From assembly GCA_048938895.1 (NCBI GenBank), contig JBHLLU010000011.1, positions 1 to 64,000 of the forward strand: DNA of 64,000 bases, read 5' to 3'. Shown here piece after piece: positions 42,233-53,143 of the stretch. The stretch is from Promethearchaeota archaeon (GTDB lineage Archaea; Asgardarchaeota; Lokiarchaeia; Sigyniarchaeales; SOKP01). Under the pieces are notes generated by a model. That model ran no database searches. It was not told the origin of the DNA and worked only from the letters and a program-made list of their open reading frames with translations. Position 1 is the stretch's first letter. The number at the start of each line of letters is the position of its first letter. Position numbers and translations under genes: made by a program.

Positions 42233-42997
42233 TTATTTTTCTTTTTCCCTTGTACCTACGAAAAATCCACGGATTATAAATCCAAGTGAAAAAAGAAACG
42301 AAAATAAGAAGAAAACGGAGGAGATCATCGAGATTAGTGAGCTCGGTTCCAAAACTCCAATAATTCCAAAAATCGGGCATAATGGTGCAATTATTAGAAA
42401 AATAATATAAGTTGTTTTATCTTTTTCTCCGAAACTGATATATACAGTAATATTAAACCAAGCAATCAGGATCATAATAAAAGGTATTAAATATGAAGAT
42501 AATTCTAGAAAAGGATGTGTTATTCCTCCCTTGGCGTAAGCATAAAAATAATTTGCATAAAAATATACAATTATTAGTAGAGCACTAAGAGGTGTTGGAA
42601 CTCCAGTATATCCTGGAACATCTGATAAATTAAATCTTGCTAATCTTAATATCGCACCCAATGCAAAACAAACGGAACCAATTATCAAAATAATATCAAA
42701 TATACTTCCAGTTTTAAAACTCTGGTATGTTAAAACAGCAGGGGCAATACCAAAGGTTAATGAATCGCTTAATGAATCCAATTCTTTTCCCATCTCATTC
42801 ATAGTATTTGTTTTACGAGCAATATATCCATCAATCATGTCGGTTCCTGCTGATATTGATACCAAAAAAAATCCTAAAGAAAGTGTAGCACGTGCACCGA
42901 TACACGCACAAACTAGTGCTATCATTCCAAGACAAGTACCAACCAGAGTTATGTAATCTTTTAATTTTAAAAGATGTGGAATCTTTATAGTTGACAT
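42233..42997 (-). CDS. pssA: CDP-alcohol phosphatidyltransferase (archaetidylserine synthase-like)
   Basis: DMIDGYIAR...GKELDSLSD, LRLARFN, YTGVPTP. Confidence 0.88.
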   Translation of the reverse strand: MSTIKIPHLLKLKDYITLVGTCLGMIALVCACIGARATLSLGFFLVSISAGTDMIDGYIARKTNTMNEMGKELDSLSDSLTFGIAPAVLTYQSFKTGSIFDIILIIGSVCFALGAILRLARFNLSDVPGYTGVPTPLSALLIIVYFYANYFYAYAKGGITHPFLELSSYLIPFIMILIAWFNITVYISFGEKDKTTYIIFLIIAPLCPIFGIIGVLEPSSLISMISSVFFLFSFLFSLGFIIRGFFVGTREKEK

Positions 42998-43223
42998 TTC
43001 CAGTTTCTATATATAATATTAATAATAATTAAACCTTATTCAATTAAAACGTTATGATAAACGAGAAAAATCCTCATTAAAGAGCAAATATAAGGAAATT
43101 CCTAGAAATTATTATGCTAAATAAAATTATAAATATCGGTCTAATTATAACTTAAATTTAAAAGAAAATTTTATTATCTAAACCCTAAAAAATAATAAAA
43201 AAATTAGAAAGGTAAATAATAGA

Positions 43224-43937
43224 ATGGTTTTTTGCGCAACCTGTGGGGCTGAAATCAAAGATCCAGAAATGCAGAATTTCTGCGAAAAATGTGGTTCACC
43301 TGTTTCAGCTACACTTAGAAAAAAAGAAATAGTCTCAATACCATCTACAGCCGGAGGAATAACAACCTTAGGCTTTGAACCTTATGATCGTCCAGGTGGA
43401 TTGTTTGATATTAACCGGAACTATTATATCCTGAAAGAAAAATATTGGGATTGGGGTTCTGGCGACATTTTAGACGAGAATAATAAGATTATAGGTAGAA
43501 TGAATAGGGTCATCTTTAGCATAAGACGTAGAGTTGAGTTAATCGAATTAGATGGCACTATTGCTGCTACTATTCACTCCAAGATTGTATCGGCTCGTGG
43601 GGCACAAGATCTCAAAGATCCGCATGGTAACATGATTGCACGAATTAAAAAGAAAATAACGTCTGTTATCCGACCGAAATTTTTCTTAGAAGACATAAAT
43701 GGAACAAGATATTTTGAAGCTCAAGGGAAATTTATGGGGTGGAGTTACAAGGTGACTGATATGCAAGGGAACCTAATTGCAGAAATCGAGAAAGCTGACA
43801 AATGGAGAGATGTTTTTCTTGGTGGTTTATTGGATTTTAAAGATACATATGCATTGAGAATATTAGACAATGAAACAGATAGAAGAATCTTATTAGGATT
43901 TGTACTATCGATTGATAATGTGCTTCATGATATGTAG
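43224..43937 (+). CDS. Zinc ribbon + LURP-one/scramblase (tubby-C-like) protein
   Basis: CATCG..CEKCG followed by repeated hairpins (DENNKIIGRM, DPHGNMIARI, DMQGNLIAEI) and a C-terminal ILLGFVLSID helix. Confidence 0.85.
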   Translation: MVFCATCGAEIKDPEMQNFCEKCGSPVSATLRKKEIVSIPSTAGGITTLGFEPYDRPGGLFDINRNYYILKEKYWDWGSGDILDENNKIIGRMNRVIFSIRRRVELIELDGTIAATIHSKIVSARGAQDLKDPHGNMIARIKKKITSVIRPKFFLEDINGTRYFEAQGKFMGWSYKVTDMQGNLIAEIEKADKWRDVFLGGLLDFKDTYALRILDNETDRRILLGFVLSIDNVLHDM

Positions 43938-44116
43938 TTGTTTAAAGATGGCTTTTTAAACTTCTCATTTTATTTTTTCGCTAAATTTTTATAAACGTAA
44001 TTTATATTTTTTTTAAATTAAGTCCATTTGAAAAGAAATTTCAAAAAGGATTATAAAATTTTCTTAGATGAATTAAACTTTTAGCTAAAAACAAATGATT
44101 CTCATATTGAAAGAAA

Positions 44117-45205
44117 ATGACTGAATATGATACTTTCATGGTATATGAACTGGATGATTCTGGGGAAAAGAATAGAATAAGTATCACTGAAGAGGAATTA
44201 CATTCAAATTTACATCCAGAGCAAGTTCTAGTTATAGTACGTGAAGATTTAAGGAGAATATTTATTTGGAAAGGCCCAAAATCCCCTGTACGAAAAAGAT
44301 TTATTAGTTCTAGAGTTGCCCAAGAACTCCAGGATGATTTGAGAAAAAGTGCGGCCATGCATCGATGCAAAATCGTTTCTGTAGATGCTGGTGATGAACC
44401 TTCTGAATTTCTAAATGCATTTCAATTAGACTCTATGGAAGTAACTGAAAGATTAGCCGATATGAGATATGTACGAAATATTGAGAAAGAGAGGATAAGT
44501 GAAGCGGTTATAAAAGATGTTGTTCCAGAAACAAAAGAAGAATATGTTTCTCCTACTTTTCAAGATTCCTCTACAAACGTTGTCTCATCTCCACATTCTA
44601 AACCTGCCATTACTCCAACAGCAAGCCCTCAAAATCAGTATCCTAAGCATCGGTTACCTACAGGAGGTTTATCAAAGGATGATTATGAAAAGATTAAAGA
44701 GAAAATTTTAAAAACAGAGATTTCAGATAGTTATAAAAGACTTAACTTAATTTCAGGTCATACTCTATTTGCGGCTGTTTCCAAAGTTGCTAAAGTATTT
44801 GGGGAAGAAGTCGAAGAAACTGAATGGGAACCTGTCAAAAAAGTACCTAAAGAAGTGATTGAATTAGATAATCATCTCTTAAGAATATATTTTAATAAAG
44901 ATATAGGTATAGTTGAAGCAGTGGAAATTCTAGAAAAATCTGGTCAGCCAACGAGTATTAAAAAAAAATTAAGCTCTGAATCGACATTAACACCAATGCC
45001 TGCCAAGCCTAATTCAATGGAAATTACAGCAGTAGATTTTAACTCCCTGACAGTAAAAGATCTTAAAAAGTATGCTGAAGAAAAAAATATAGATTTACCT
45101 GCAAATCTACGAAAAGCTGAAATAATAGAAATTTTAGAAAAATCAAAAAAGAATAATCCTGGTGGTAGACGACAATTACCAAAGATTCCTAGTAAAGATG
45201 ATTAA
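44117..45205 (+). CDS. Single-domain gelsolin-like protein (1DGelX type) with C-terminal Rho_N/SAP-like HeH
   Basis: LHPEQVLVIV..RRIFIWKG..SPVRKRF..VDAGDEPSEF gelsolin repeat; LTVKDLKKYAEEKNI..RKAEIIEIL HeH. Confidence 0.85.
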   Translation: MTEYDTFMVYELDDSGEKNRISITEEELHSNLHPEQVLVIVREDLRRIFIWKGPKSPVRKRFISSRVAQELQDDLRKSAAMHRCKIVSVDAGDEPSEFLNAFQLDSMEVTERLADMRYVRNIEKERISEAVIKDVVPETKEEYVSPTFQDSSTNVVSSPHSKPAITPTASPQNQYPKHRLPTGGLSKDDYEKIKEKILKTEISDSYKRLNLISGHTLFAAVSKVAKVFGEEVEETEWEPVKKVPKEVIELDNHLLRIYFNKDIGIVEAVEILEKSGQPTSIKKKLSSESTLTPMPAKPNSMEITAVDFNSLTVKDLKKYAEEKNIDLPANLRKAEIIEILEKSKKNNPGGRRQLPKIPSKDD

Positions 45206-45225
45206 TTTATTTTAGCCAATATTCA

Positions 45226-45825
45226 TTAATCAGAAGGATTAGTATTATTTTCTTCTGAAACCTCATCTACTCCTTGATCTTTTTCATCTCCTCTACTTCC
45301 AGGCTTTCCTTCATCCATTTTCTGTGGTTTTGTCTTTTTTTTAATCTTTTTTAATCCCTCTATTGCTTCTTTTCTTACAATTGCACTCTTATCTTTAAGT
45401 GCTTTTGCTAATGCTTCTAAACTATATGGATGGTGGAGGTCACCTAATTCATCACACGCTTCTCTTCTTACATTCTCATCTGGATCATTTAGGAGTACAT
45501 AGGTTAGGACGCCTAATACTTTTGTATCCCCAAAATCTCCTAAAGTGTCAACTGCTTCTTTTCTTACTTCACTGTCAGGATCAGTGACTGCTGTGATTGC
45601 TAATTGTTTTGAAATCTCGTCAGAATTACCTATAGGTTCAATAGCACTCAGATCTACTCCACAATACTTACAGAAATTATGAGTAATTTTAATTGCTTTT
45701 CCACACGCAGGACATACTCTTTGTGTGTTAAAATCAATAAAAGATTTATTAGGATATGGAGCCGAATCTCTTATTTTATAAGGATTTTGTTGAGGATTAA
45801 GTTTTAAATTCCTATCTCTTCGCAT
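45226..45825 (-). CDS. Zinc ribbon + HEAT (PBS lyase) repeat protein
   Basis: CPACG..CKYCG; DPDSEVRKEA, DPDENVRREA, DKSAIVRKEA. Confidence 0.9.
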   Translation of the reverse strand: MRRDRNLKLNPQQNPYKIRDSAPYPNKSFIDFNTQRVCPACGKAIKITHNFCKYCGVDLSAIEPIGNSDEISKQLAITAVTDPDSEVRKEAVDTLGDFGDTKVLGVLTYVLLNDPDENVRREACDELGDLHHPYSLEALAKALKDKSAIVRKEAIEGLKKIKKKTKPQKMDEGKPGSRGDEKDQGVDEVSEENNTNPSD

Positions 45826-46041
45826 TTTAATAAAATTAAATAGTTATTTTTTAGGAATTATAATGAAATACATCTTTTTAATTTTAATTTAAATGAAATT
45901 TTTAGAGTAATAAGTAAATTAATTTGATTATTTAGTTCTAAAATTTCACTAATTATTATTTAAAAGAATTAATATAGTAATTTGAAAATCCATATCCAAT
46001 GTTAAAAAATAGAAAAAAGATTATGATTTTGTTTTTAATAT

Positions 46042-47103
46042 TTAAGCTATTGTTATTTCTTTTGATAAATACACATCTTGCACTGCGTTGAGAATTTTAA
46101 TACCCTCAGGAGTAGGTTTTTTAAAAGCTTTACGACCAAGGATCAATCCCATACCTCCTGAACGCTTATTTATAACAGCTGCTTTTACTGCATCTTGAAA
46201 ATCATTCCCTCCAGATTCACCACCAGAATTAATAAGACCCACTCTTCCCATAAAGCAATTAGCAACTTGGTAACGATTCCAGTCAATTTCGTTGTCTGGA
46301 GCAAGTTTTTCATAAACAATTTTATCAGTTTTACCAAATTGTAGATCCAAAAAACCTCTGTTACAAGTAGAAAGTTTTTGTTTTACAATATCAGCTTCAA
46401 TTGTTACTCCAAGATAATTACCCTGGCTTTCTAAATCATTTGAAGTATGATAATCAACACCATCTTTAATGAATTCTTCTTTATTCCTTAAGTAGCACCA
46501 AAGAATGCAGACTAATCCCAACTCGTGAGCATATCTAAAGGATTCACTAATTTCTTGAATTTGTCGTCGTGATTCATGAGAACCGAAATAAATTGTGGCT
46601 CCTACTGCTGATGCTCCCATGTCCCACGCCTGATCAACACTCGCAAATAAAGTTTGATCAGAAATTTCTGGTTTTGTTAGCAATTCATTATGATTGATCT
46701 TTACAATAAAGGGAATTTTATGAGCATACCTTCTTGAAACAGAACCAAGTATACCAAGAGTAGATGCGACCGCATTACACCCTCCATTGATTGCAAGCTT
46801 TATTATATTTTCTGGATCAAAATATGAAGGATTTACAGCGAAACTTGCTGAAGCCGTATGTTCAACACCTTGATCAACTGGCAAAATTGAAAGATATCCT
46901 GTCCCTGCTAATCTCCCAGTCTGATTAAATAATCGATCCATGTTATTCAAGACGAGATTATTCCTATCTGAATGTTCTAGGACTCGTTCAATAAAATCTG
47001 GACCTGGTTGATGTATGATTTCCTTCGAAATTCCTTTACAAGTATGATTTAAAAGATCTTCTGCTTCAGAACCCAAAAGGTTCTTAATCTCATTATAATC
47101 CAT
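46042..47103 (-). CDS. fbaB: Class I fructose-bisphosphate aldolase (FbaB/DhnA)
   Basis: [25 protein letters not shown] Schiff-base Lys, GLILGRKAF. Confidence 0.95.
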   Translation of the reverse strand: MDYNEIKNLLGSEAEDLLNHTCKGISKEIIHQPGPDFIERVLEHSDRNNLVLNNMDRLFNQTGRLAGTGYLSILPVDQGVEHTASASFAVNPSYFDPENIIKLAINGGCNAVASTLGILGSVSRRYAHKIPFIVKINHNELLTKPEISDQTLFASVDQAWDMGASAVGATIYFGSHESRRQIQEISESFRYAHELGLVCILWCYLRNKEEFIKDGVDYHTSNDLESQGNYLGVTIEADIVKQKLSTCNRGFLDLQFGKTDKIVYEKLAPDNEIDWNRYQVANCFMGRVGLINSGGESGGNDFQDAVKAAVINKRSGGMGLILGRKAFKKPTPEGIKILNAVQDVYLSKEITIA

Positions 47104-47193
47104 TTTTATCTCATTCCTTTTACTAGAATAATTTTAAAGAAGAATAAGATACCGAAAATAAAATAGTTATTGCATTAATTAAATTAAGAATAG

Positions 47194-47478
47194 TTACAAG
47201 GAATTATTATCGACGTCAAAAAATTCTTTTAATAAGTCTGATAAAAGATTATAGTTATTTTGATTCAAATTTGAATTACTGCTTTCTAGTTTAAGAGAGA
47301 TTTTTCTTGTTTCTTTTCCAATAGAGTGTAATTTTATGATTAATTTTTTGTTTTGGTTTTTCAGTTTACACTCCTGGGAAGAATCTTTATTCCATAAAGA
47401 GTCAAGCTTATCTGCAAATTTCTCTTTATTTTTGTAAGGTTCAATTTTTGTTCCATTCAATATTTTCGGTTTTTCCAC
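47194..47478 (-). CDS. Hypothetical protein
   Basis: 94-aa ORF with GTG start, filling the gap. Confidence 0.55.
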   Translation of the reverse strand: MEKPKILNGTKIEPYKNKEKFADKLDSLWNKDSSQECKLKNQNKKLIIKLHSIGKETRKISLKLESSNSNLNQNNYNLLSDLLKEFFDVDNNSL

Positions 47479-47599
47479 ATGTAGACATCTCTCAAAAAAT
47501 CTGTGTTATTTTCAATATATAAGACTATATAATTCTATGTTTAAAAACACCCTGAATGCATTAAGAAAAACTTAACTTCCATGGATTTTTTTTTTATTT

Positions 47600-47932
47600 A
47601 TGCCTGACGAATTTGATTTTAAGAGCTACAAATCTATGGAAGAGTATAGTAAAACCGTAGAAGGTACAAAATATTTACATTCTTTATATCTTAAAGCAGT
47701 AAATCACCCAATTCGTCGAAAAATTCTCATGTTAGTTAATAAAACTAAAAAGATTTCAAAAGAAGATCTATTAGAAGCTTTAATAGACTCGGGATTAATA
47801 AATGACGAAGCTTCATTGAACTATAATATGGATTATTTAATTAAAGCGTTTTGTGTTAAAAAAGTAGAAGAGAACAATATTATATTTTTTGAAATCACTC
47901 AAAGTGGTCAAGTAGTGGAATACTTAGAATAA
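47600..47932 (+). CDS. ArsR-like winged-helix protein
   Basis: AVNHPIRRKIL..SLNYNMDYL..FEITQSG. Confidence 0.8.
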   Translation: MPDEFDFKSYKSMEEYSKTVEGTKYLHSLYLKAVNHPIRRKILMLVNKTKKISKEDLLEALIDSGLINDEASLNYNMDYLIKAFCVKKVEENNIIFFEITQSGQVVEYLE

Positions 47933-47945
47933 AACTTCTTTTTTA

Positions 47946-48392
47946 TTATTTTTCAACTAATCTTTTGTAGCAATCACAACATGGTATACCAAAATTAACA
48001 TTAAAGTTCTTTAGTTTTTTATTCTTTAGATTCATGAAATTAATCAGGGTTTCAATTAGATTCTTCTTATTATCATCAAAAAAAAGTTGTTTCAAGTTAA
48101 AATAATGATTAAATCCCTTACAAACGGGACAAATAGAATAGAAATTAATGAATTTCTTAAATTTTTGTCTCTCTTCTGAGTTTAAAGCTTCTAATTTGAA
48201 ATCAGGATTATTTTCAAATATAGATTTTAAATTTTCTAATTCATTAATCATTGCATCTCTTAGAAAATTCGAACTATAATTTCCCTGAGTAGTTGATTCA
48301 GTTGAAATTATATCTTGAGTTGTAAATCTATCAAAATATTCTATAGCTTCATTAAAAAATAATAAATTCTTATTTTGATTCTTCTCGTTCAT
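47946..48392 (-). CDS. Hypothetical Zn-binding protein
   Basis: CPVC and CCDC motifs. Confidence 0.7.
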   Translation of the reverse strand: MNEKNQNKNLLFFNEAIEYFDRFTTQDIISTESTTQGNYSSNFLRDAMINELENLKSIFENNPDFKLEALNSEERQKFKKFINFYSICPVCKGFNHYFNLKQLFFDDNKKNLIETLINFMNLKNKKLKNFNVNFGIPCCDCYKRLVEK

Positions 48393-48443
48393 ATACTTAA
48401 CTACTACAATTATATTATTTTAAATGTTTTTTTAAAAGAATAT

Positions 48444-49730
48444 TTATAGAAATTTGAAGAATTTTTCATTTTTATTAAAGATGTCATCTTCATTTTTATC
48501 TGTTAACCTTCTAAAGTCAATAATTTTTGAGGGTGCAAAATATTCAAAGTCAAATTCAACCTCATCCCCAACATTTCTTCCAGGTATTGGCATTAAACGA
48601 GCAGTTAATGGTTTGTTTAATCTTAATGATATTGTACACAAATCTAATAATATATAAAATAATTCTTTCTCAGTTATATCTCCAGGTAGTGGAACAACAT
48701 CTAATCCAGCACCACACATTGTCGCATATAATAATAGGGAATCCAAGTTAAATTTATTTTCCGATAGTCTTTTGGATAATATGTAATCTTCTAGAACGGG
48801 TTGGAAAAAGCCTGAAAATCCAATCACTTTTTCTTTATCCATTGGTATTGAATTTTTTATGAGAGCAACCCCTGTAAGTGTTCCAATAGCCCCAAAATAT
48901 TCAATGCCTAGTTTTTCTATCGCCTTTCCTATACTCTTGTTTTCTTCAGGGAAAGGTGCGGGAGAAAAGTCTAGTCCCTTAAACTCAACATCAAAGATTC
49001 TACCAAATTTCTCACAAATTTGAGTAATATCAACATATATTTGATTAAACCTTGATAATAAATTAAATTGGGTTTCTTTTATACTATTGGACTGTTCTAT
49101 TACCTCAATTACCTCATCTGCCATTTCTAAAGCAATAGAAAATGCAGGTTTATCAGAAAAATGGTATGCTGCTGGAAAAAATGGAAAATTTGGGCCTACA
49201 TTAGCAGAAACACAAAAATTTAGATTTTTGAATGGATCAGGCTCTGAAAGTTGTTTTATTATTTTTGCACCAGATTTTAAAGCTGAAATATTTAATCCAT
49301 CTCGAGTACTAGCCACGGGTAAAGAAGTAAAGAAACCATCTGTACTTTTAACAAAATTTGGCACTTCATTTAATAATAGTCTTTCAAAGATTCCTAGCTC
49401 TGGGAATTGATGAGTAAGCATCATACAACATGCAAAATAGTCAAATCCATAATCATTAAACATATCTTGTAAAAACTTTAATTGGTTTTTTATGTCAACT
49501 AAAGTTTCTTTTAAATTCTTTTCATAAAACAATTTATTATCATAACTAAAAAGAGGTTGAGAGCAAAACCGCTTGGTTTGAACTTCTATTCCTATATTTT
49601 CAAATGCACTTATTAATTCATTATTTAAATCAGAAAAAATTTTAAGATTATCTTGCATAAAAGATAAAATAGTTTCACTTGCATAAAGATAAGGAATTAT
49701 ATTCCCATTAGTTATTGCTCTTATTCGCAT
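48444..49730 (-). CDS. DUF711 family protein
   Basis: MRIRAIT, PFFPAAYH, DFSPAP, GFSGFFQPVLED, CGAGLDVVPLPG, KPLTARLMP. Confidence 0.9.
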   Translation of the reverse strand: MRIRAITNGNIIPYLYASETILSFMQDNLKIFSDLNNELISAFENIGIEVQTKRFCSQPLFSYDNKLFYEKNLKETLVDIKNQLKFLQDMFNDYGFDYFACCMMLTHQFPELGIFERLLLNEVPNFVKSTDGFFTSLPVASTRDGLNISALKSGAKIIKQLSEPDPFKNLNFCVSANVGPNFPFFPAAYHFSDKPAFSIALEMADEVIEVIEQSNSIKETQFNLLSRFNQIYVDITQICEKFGRIFDVEFKGLDFSPAPFPEENKSIGKAIEKLGIEYFGAIGTLTGVALIKNSIPMDKEKVIGFSGFFQPVLEDYILSKRLSENKFNLDSLLLYATMCGAGLDVVPLPGDITEKELFYILLDLCTISLRLNKPLTARLMPIPGRNVGDEVEFDFEYFAPSKIIDFRRLTDKNEDDIFNKNEKFFKFL

Positions 49731-49858
49731 TTTTAGTTATTTATAAAAATATATTCTTTAATAAGAATTATAAGAGAAATAGTAATAAAAAATTAATATT
49801 TCTAACTAAAGAAATTTTAATTAATTTCACTTATTATTTAATCAAATTATTGCTGTGG

Positions 49859-52249
49859 TTAAATTTCATCCAATTTGGCTTTGTCTTTCAATTGCTCTTT
49901 TGTTGATAGAGATTTTGAATATTCATTGGGTTTAATAGGACCAATGTTATCTAATTCTTTCGTAAATTCTTTGATATTATTAGCATACTTTTCTCCCTCT
50001 CCAGCAGCTACACTTATAATTTTTACTCTTTTCTCATTTATTCCTGCTTCAATCAAAACTTCTTTAATACTTTCATATCGAGACTCTGCTTTAATGAATC
50101 CTTCTTGGTAATGGCAATCTTGTGGATAACAGCCTGCTATTAAGACGCCATCAGCACCATAAAAAAAACTCTCAAAAACCAGAGAAGGATTAAGCATCGC
50201 AGTACACATAACATGAATTGCCCTTACATTTGTAGGATAAGTTAATTTACTTGTTCCCGCAAGATCAGCACCGGTATATGAGCACCAATTACATAGGAAT
50301 GCAATTATTAATGGAGACTCACTTTTTTGTTTCAGTATAGATTGAATTTGAGCCGAAATTTGGGCATTTGTGAATCCAGGTATATATAAAGCTTCAGAAT
50401 GACACATCGCAGCACATGCACCGCATCCTGTACAATTAGCTTGTGTGATTTTTAATTGATTTTCTTTAATTTTTAGCGCATTAAACATACAAATGTTTTC
50501 ACATAATCTACATAAATCGCATCCCTCTGAATTAAAATAAACAATGTGGGGATCTATCTCAACTTTTCCTTTTGAAATAAGGGAAATAGTCTTGGCTGCA
50601 GCACTTTCAGCTTGAGCGATACTTGAGGGTATGTCTTTTGGTCCTTGTATAGCTCCAGCTAGAAATATTCCATTTACAGATGTTTCAGAAGGCCTAACCT
50701 TAAGATGTTTCTCTAATAAGAAACCATTTGGATCCTGCGAGATGTTTAAAATTTTGCTCAATTCATCTGTATTTTCTGCAGGTTCAATACCTACTGCTAA
50801 GATGACCAAATCTGTTTTGTTCTCAAATAATTTGTTTTCGATAGTGTCTTCTCCGCGCACTATTAATTCTTTAGTTGTGTCACTCTTTAAAACAGCAGAA
50901 ATATTGCTTTTAATAAACCTAATCCCAAAAGTTTCACGAGCTCTGTTATAAAATTCTTCACAATTTTTACCCATTGCTCTAATATCATTATAATAAATAT
51001 TGATTAACACATCCGGATGTTCTTTTTTGATTAGTACGGCCTGTTTTATTGCTACATTACAGCAAACTTGACTACAATACTCATGATGTATTTGTTTATT
51101 ACGAGAACCTACACATAAAATGAATGAGACCTTTTCAGGAGGTTTACCACTTGATGGAATCATAATTTTTCCATGAGTAGGTCCATCATTGTTAAGAATT
51201 CTTTCCATTTGCATTGTAGTTATGATGTCTGGATTTTTGAGATAATTATATTCTCCTAATAATGAAGGATCAAATATTTTTAGTCCAGTTGCAACAATTA
51301 TTGATCCTACTTGAATATCTATAATCTCTGGTTTTTGATCGAAATCGATGGCATCCCTATCACATGCTTGAGCACACACTTTACACCCAATACAATATTC
51401 CTCTAATATGTTAGGAAATAATGGTATTGCTTGAGGATAGGGCACATCAATGGCTTTTCTAGGAAAAAAAGTATCTTCTACATCAATTGGACAGACATCT
51501 CTACAAATATCAAAACATCCTACACAATCTTCTTCTTTTATGAAACGAGGAAGTTTCTTAATTTTAATTTCAAAATTTCCCACATAGCCATTAACTTCTT
51601 CAACTTGTGAGTATGTATGTAATTCGATGTTTGGATGATCTTTAATTTCTGACATCAAGGGGCCTAATATACATATAGAACAATCTAATGTGGGGAATGT
51701 TTTGTCGAAGAGAGCCATATGACCTCCAATAGTGGGTTCTCTTTCCACTAAATATACTTTATATCCTGCGTCAGCAATAACTAAAGCTGCTTTGATCCCT
51801 GCAATTCCACCCCCGATTATTAGCGTTGAGGGATTAATTTCAGAATAGTGAATAGTTAATGGTTCTAATAATTTTACTCTTTCTATTGCCATTATAATCT
51901 GATCTATTGCTTTTTTAGTAGCTTTTTCAGGTTCATCGCTGTGAACCCATGAATTTTGTTCTCGAATATTTGCAAATGAGATTAAAAAACGATTGATTCC
52001 TGCTTTTTCGATGGTTTTTCGAAATAATAATCCATGAAGTTTAAAAGAACAAGCAGCTATTACGACTCTATCAATTTTTTCTCCTTTTATTTCTTCAGTA
52101 ACCTTATTTAATCCCGATTCAGAGCATAAATATTGATCTTTTAATACATGAACATCAGGATATTTACTAAAATACTCAATAAGTTGCTCATTATTTATAG
52201 TTCCACTAATATTTTTACCGCAATCGCATAAAAATAATCCAATTTTCAA
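49859..52249 (-). CDS. hdrA: Heterodisulfide reductase subunit A fused to MvhD
   Basis: CDCG, NIREQNSWVH, GGGIAG, KTFPTLDCSIC, CVGSR..CSQVCC, ferredoxin motifs; C-terminal AFLCNWCSY..MC..GCYPQDCHY (MvhD); SD GGTGA + TTG. Confidence 0.95.
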   Translation of the reverse strand: MKIGLFLCDCGKNISGTINNEQLIEYFSKYPDVHVLKDQYLCSESGLNKVTEEIKGEKIDRVVIAACSFKLHGLLFRKTIEKAGINRFLISFANIREQNSWVHSDEPEKATKKAIDQIIMAIERVKLLEPLTIHYSEINPSTLIIGGGIAGIKAALVIADAGYKVYLVEREPTIGGHMALFDKTFPTLDCSICILGPLMSEIKDHPNIELHTYSQVEEVNGYVGNFEIKIKKLPRFIKEEDCVGCFDICRDVCPIDVEDTFFPRKAIDVPYPQAIPLFPNILEEYCIGCKVCAQACDRDAIDFDQKPEIIDIQVGSIIVATGLKIFDPSLLGEYNYLKNPDIITTMQMERILNNDGPTHGKIMIPSSGKPPEKVSFILCVGSRNKQIHHEYCSQVCCNVAIKQAVLIKKEHPDVLINIYYNDIRAMGKNCEEFYNRARETFGIRFIKSNISAVLKSDTTKELIVRGEDTIENKLFENKTDLVILAVGIEPAENTDELSKILNISQDPNGFLLEKHLKVRPSETSVNGIFLAGAIQGPKDIPSSIAQAESAAAKTISLISKGKVEIDPHIVYFNSEGCDLCRLCENICMFNALKIKENQLKITQANCTGCGACAAMCHSEALYIPGFTNAQISAQIQSILKQKSESPLIIAFLCNWCSYTGADLAGTSKLTYPTNVRAIHVMCTAMLNPSLVFESFFYGADGVLIAGCYPQDCHYQEGFIKAESRYESIKEVLIEAGINEKRVKIISVAAGEGEKYANNIKEFTKELDNIGPIKPNEYSKSLSTKEQLKDKAKLDEI

Positions 52250-52431
52250 AATATCACCACTTAATAAAATGAAATTTTCGCAGTTCTATGTTTATTATAG
52301 ATTTGAGTTTTATTAATTATTCCAAATTAATTAAAGAAGATAATGTTATCTCTTCCTAAATATAATGAAGAGTTCTAATTCACTTATTAACAAATATTTT
52401 TAAATACTATTCAAATGCTATTCAGATTTGT

Positions 52432-53028
52432 TTAATCCTCGTTTAGCATTTCTTTAGGTATAAAGGGATACACTTTTTGAATGTTAAAGTTTTGTTTTTT
52501 CATTTCTATAAAGTAATTCTTTTCTATTTCATACTCTTTTCTTGCCCATTCTAATATTTCCTCTCCTGAATAATATTTTCCTTTCAAAATTTGTAAGCCT
52601 TTACATTTCTTAGTATAATCTTCGAAGTTTTTTCGATTTGATACCATCATCTTCCAAAATGGAAAAGACCGACATTGAAATGGTCGGTATTCATGTACAC
52701 TACAAATATTATCTTTCAAAAAATGACAATGTTCATCTTCTCCAGTAAACCTAAACGCTAATGTTTTGAATCTGTAAGTTCTACCTTTTTGAGCTTCTGA
52801 AGGTTTCCAAAAAAAACTATCATTAATCACTTTCACATACTTCTTAGCAAATCTCCTTAATCCTTCTGGATTATTTAATTTTAAATAGTTAGCTAATCGA
52901 AGAATATCGTCTTTATAGAGGTATACTTCACCTTCATTAAATCCTCTACAGCAATCCCCACACATTTGACATGAGAATCTTAGACCATTTTCCAGGTTTT
53001 TTGTGATTTTTATGCCAGGTGTTGTCAC
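52432..53028 (-). CDS. YkgJ family CxxCxxCC protein
   Basis: FSCQMCGDCC, CHFL, CSVHEYRPFQCRSFPFW. Confidence 0.9.
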   Translation of the reverse strand: MTTPGIKITKNLENGLRFSCQMCGDCCRGFNEGEVYLYKDDILRLANYLKLNNPEGLRRFAKKYVKVINDSFFWKPSEAQKGRTYRFKTLAFRFTGEDEHCHFLKDNICSVHEYRPFQCRSFPFWKMMVSNRKNFEDYTKKCKGLQILKGKYYSGEEILEWARKEYEIEKNYFIEMKKQNFNIQKVYPFIPKEMLNED

Positions 53029-53143
53029 AATTCTGCTAATTTATAAAATTAGAAATTAATAATTTATATTGAAGAATTAAATTTATATTTAAATATTAAT
53101 TCATTGATTGTTTTAGGTTATAAAGAGAGAGGAGTTTTAATTT

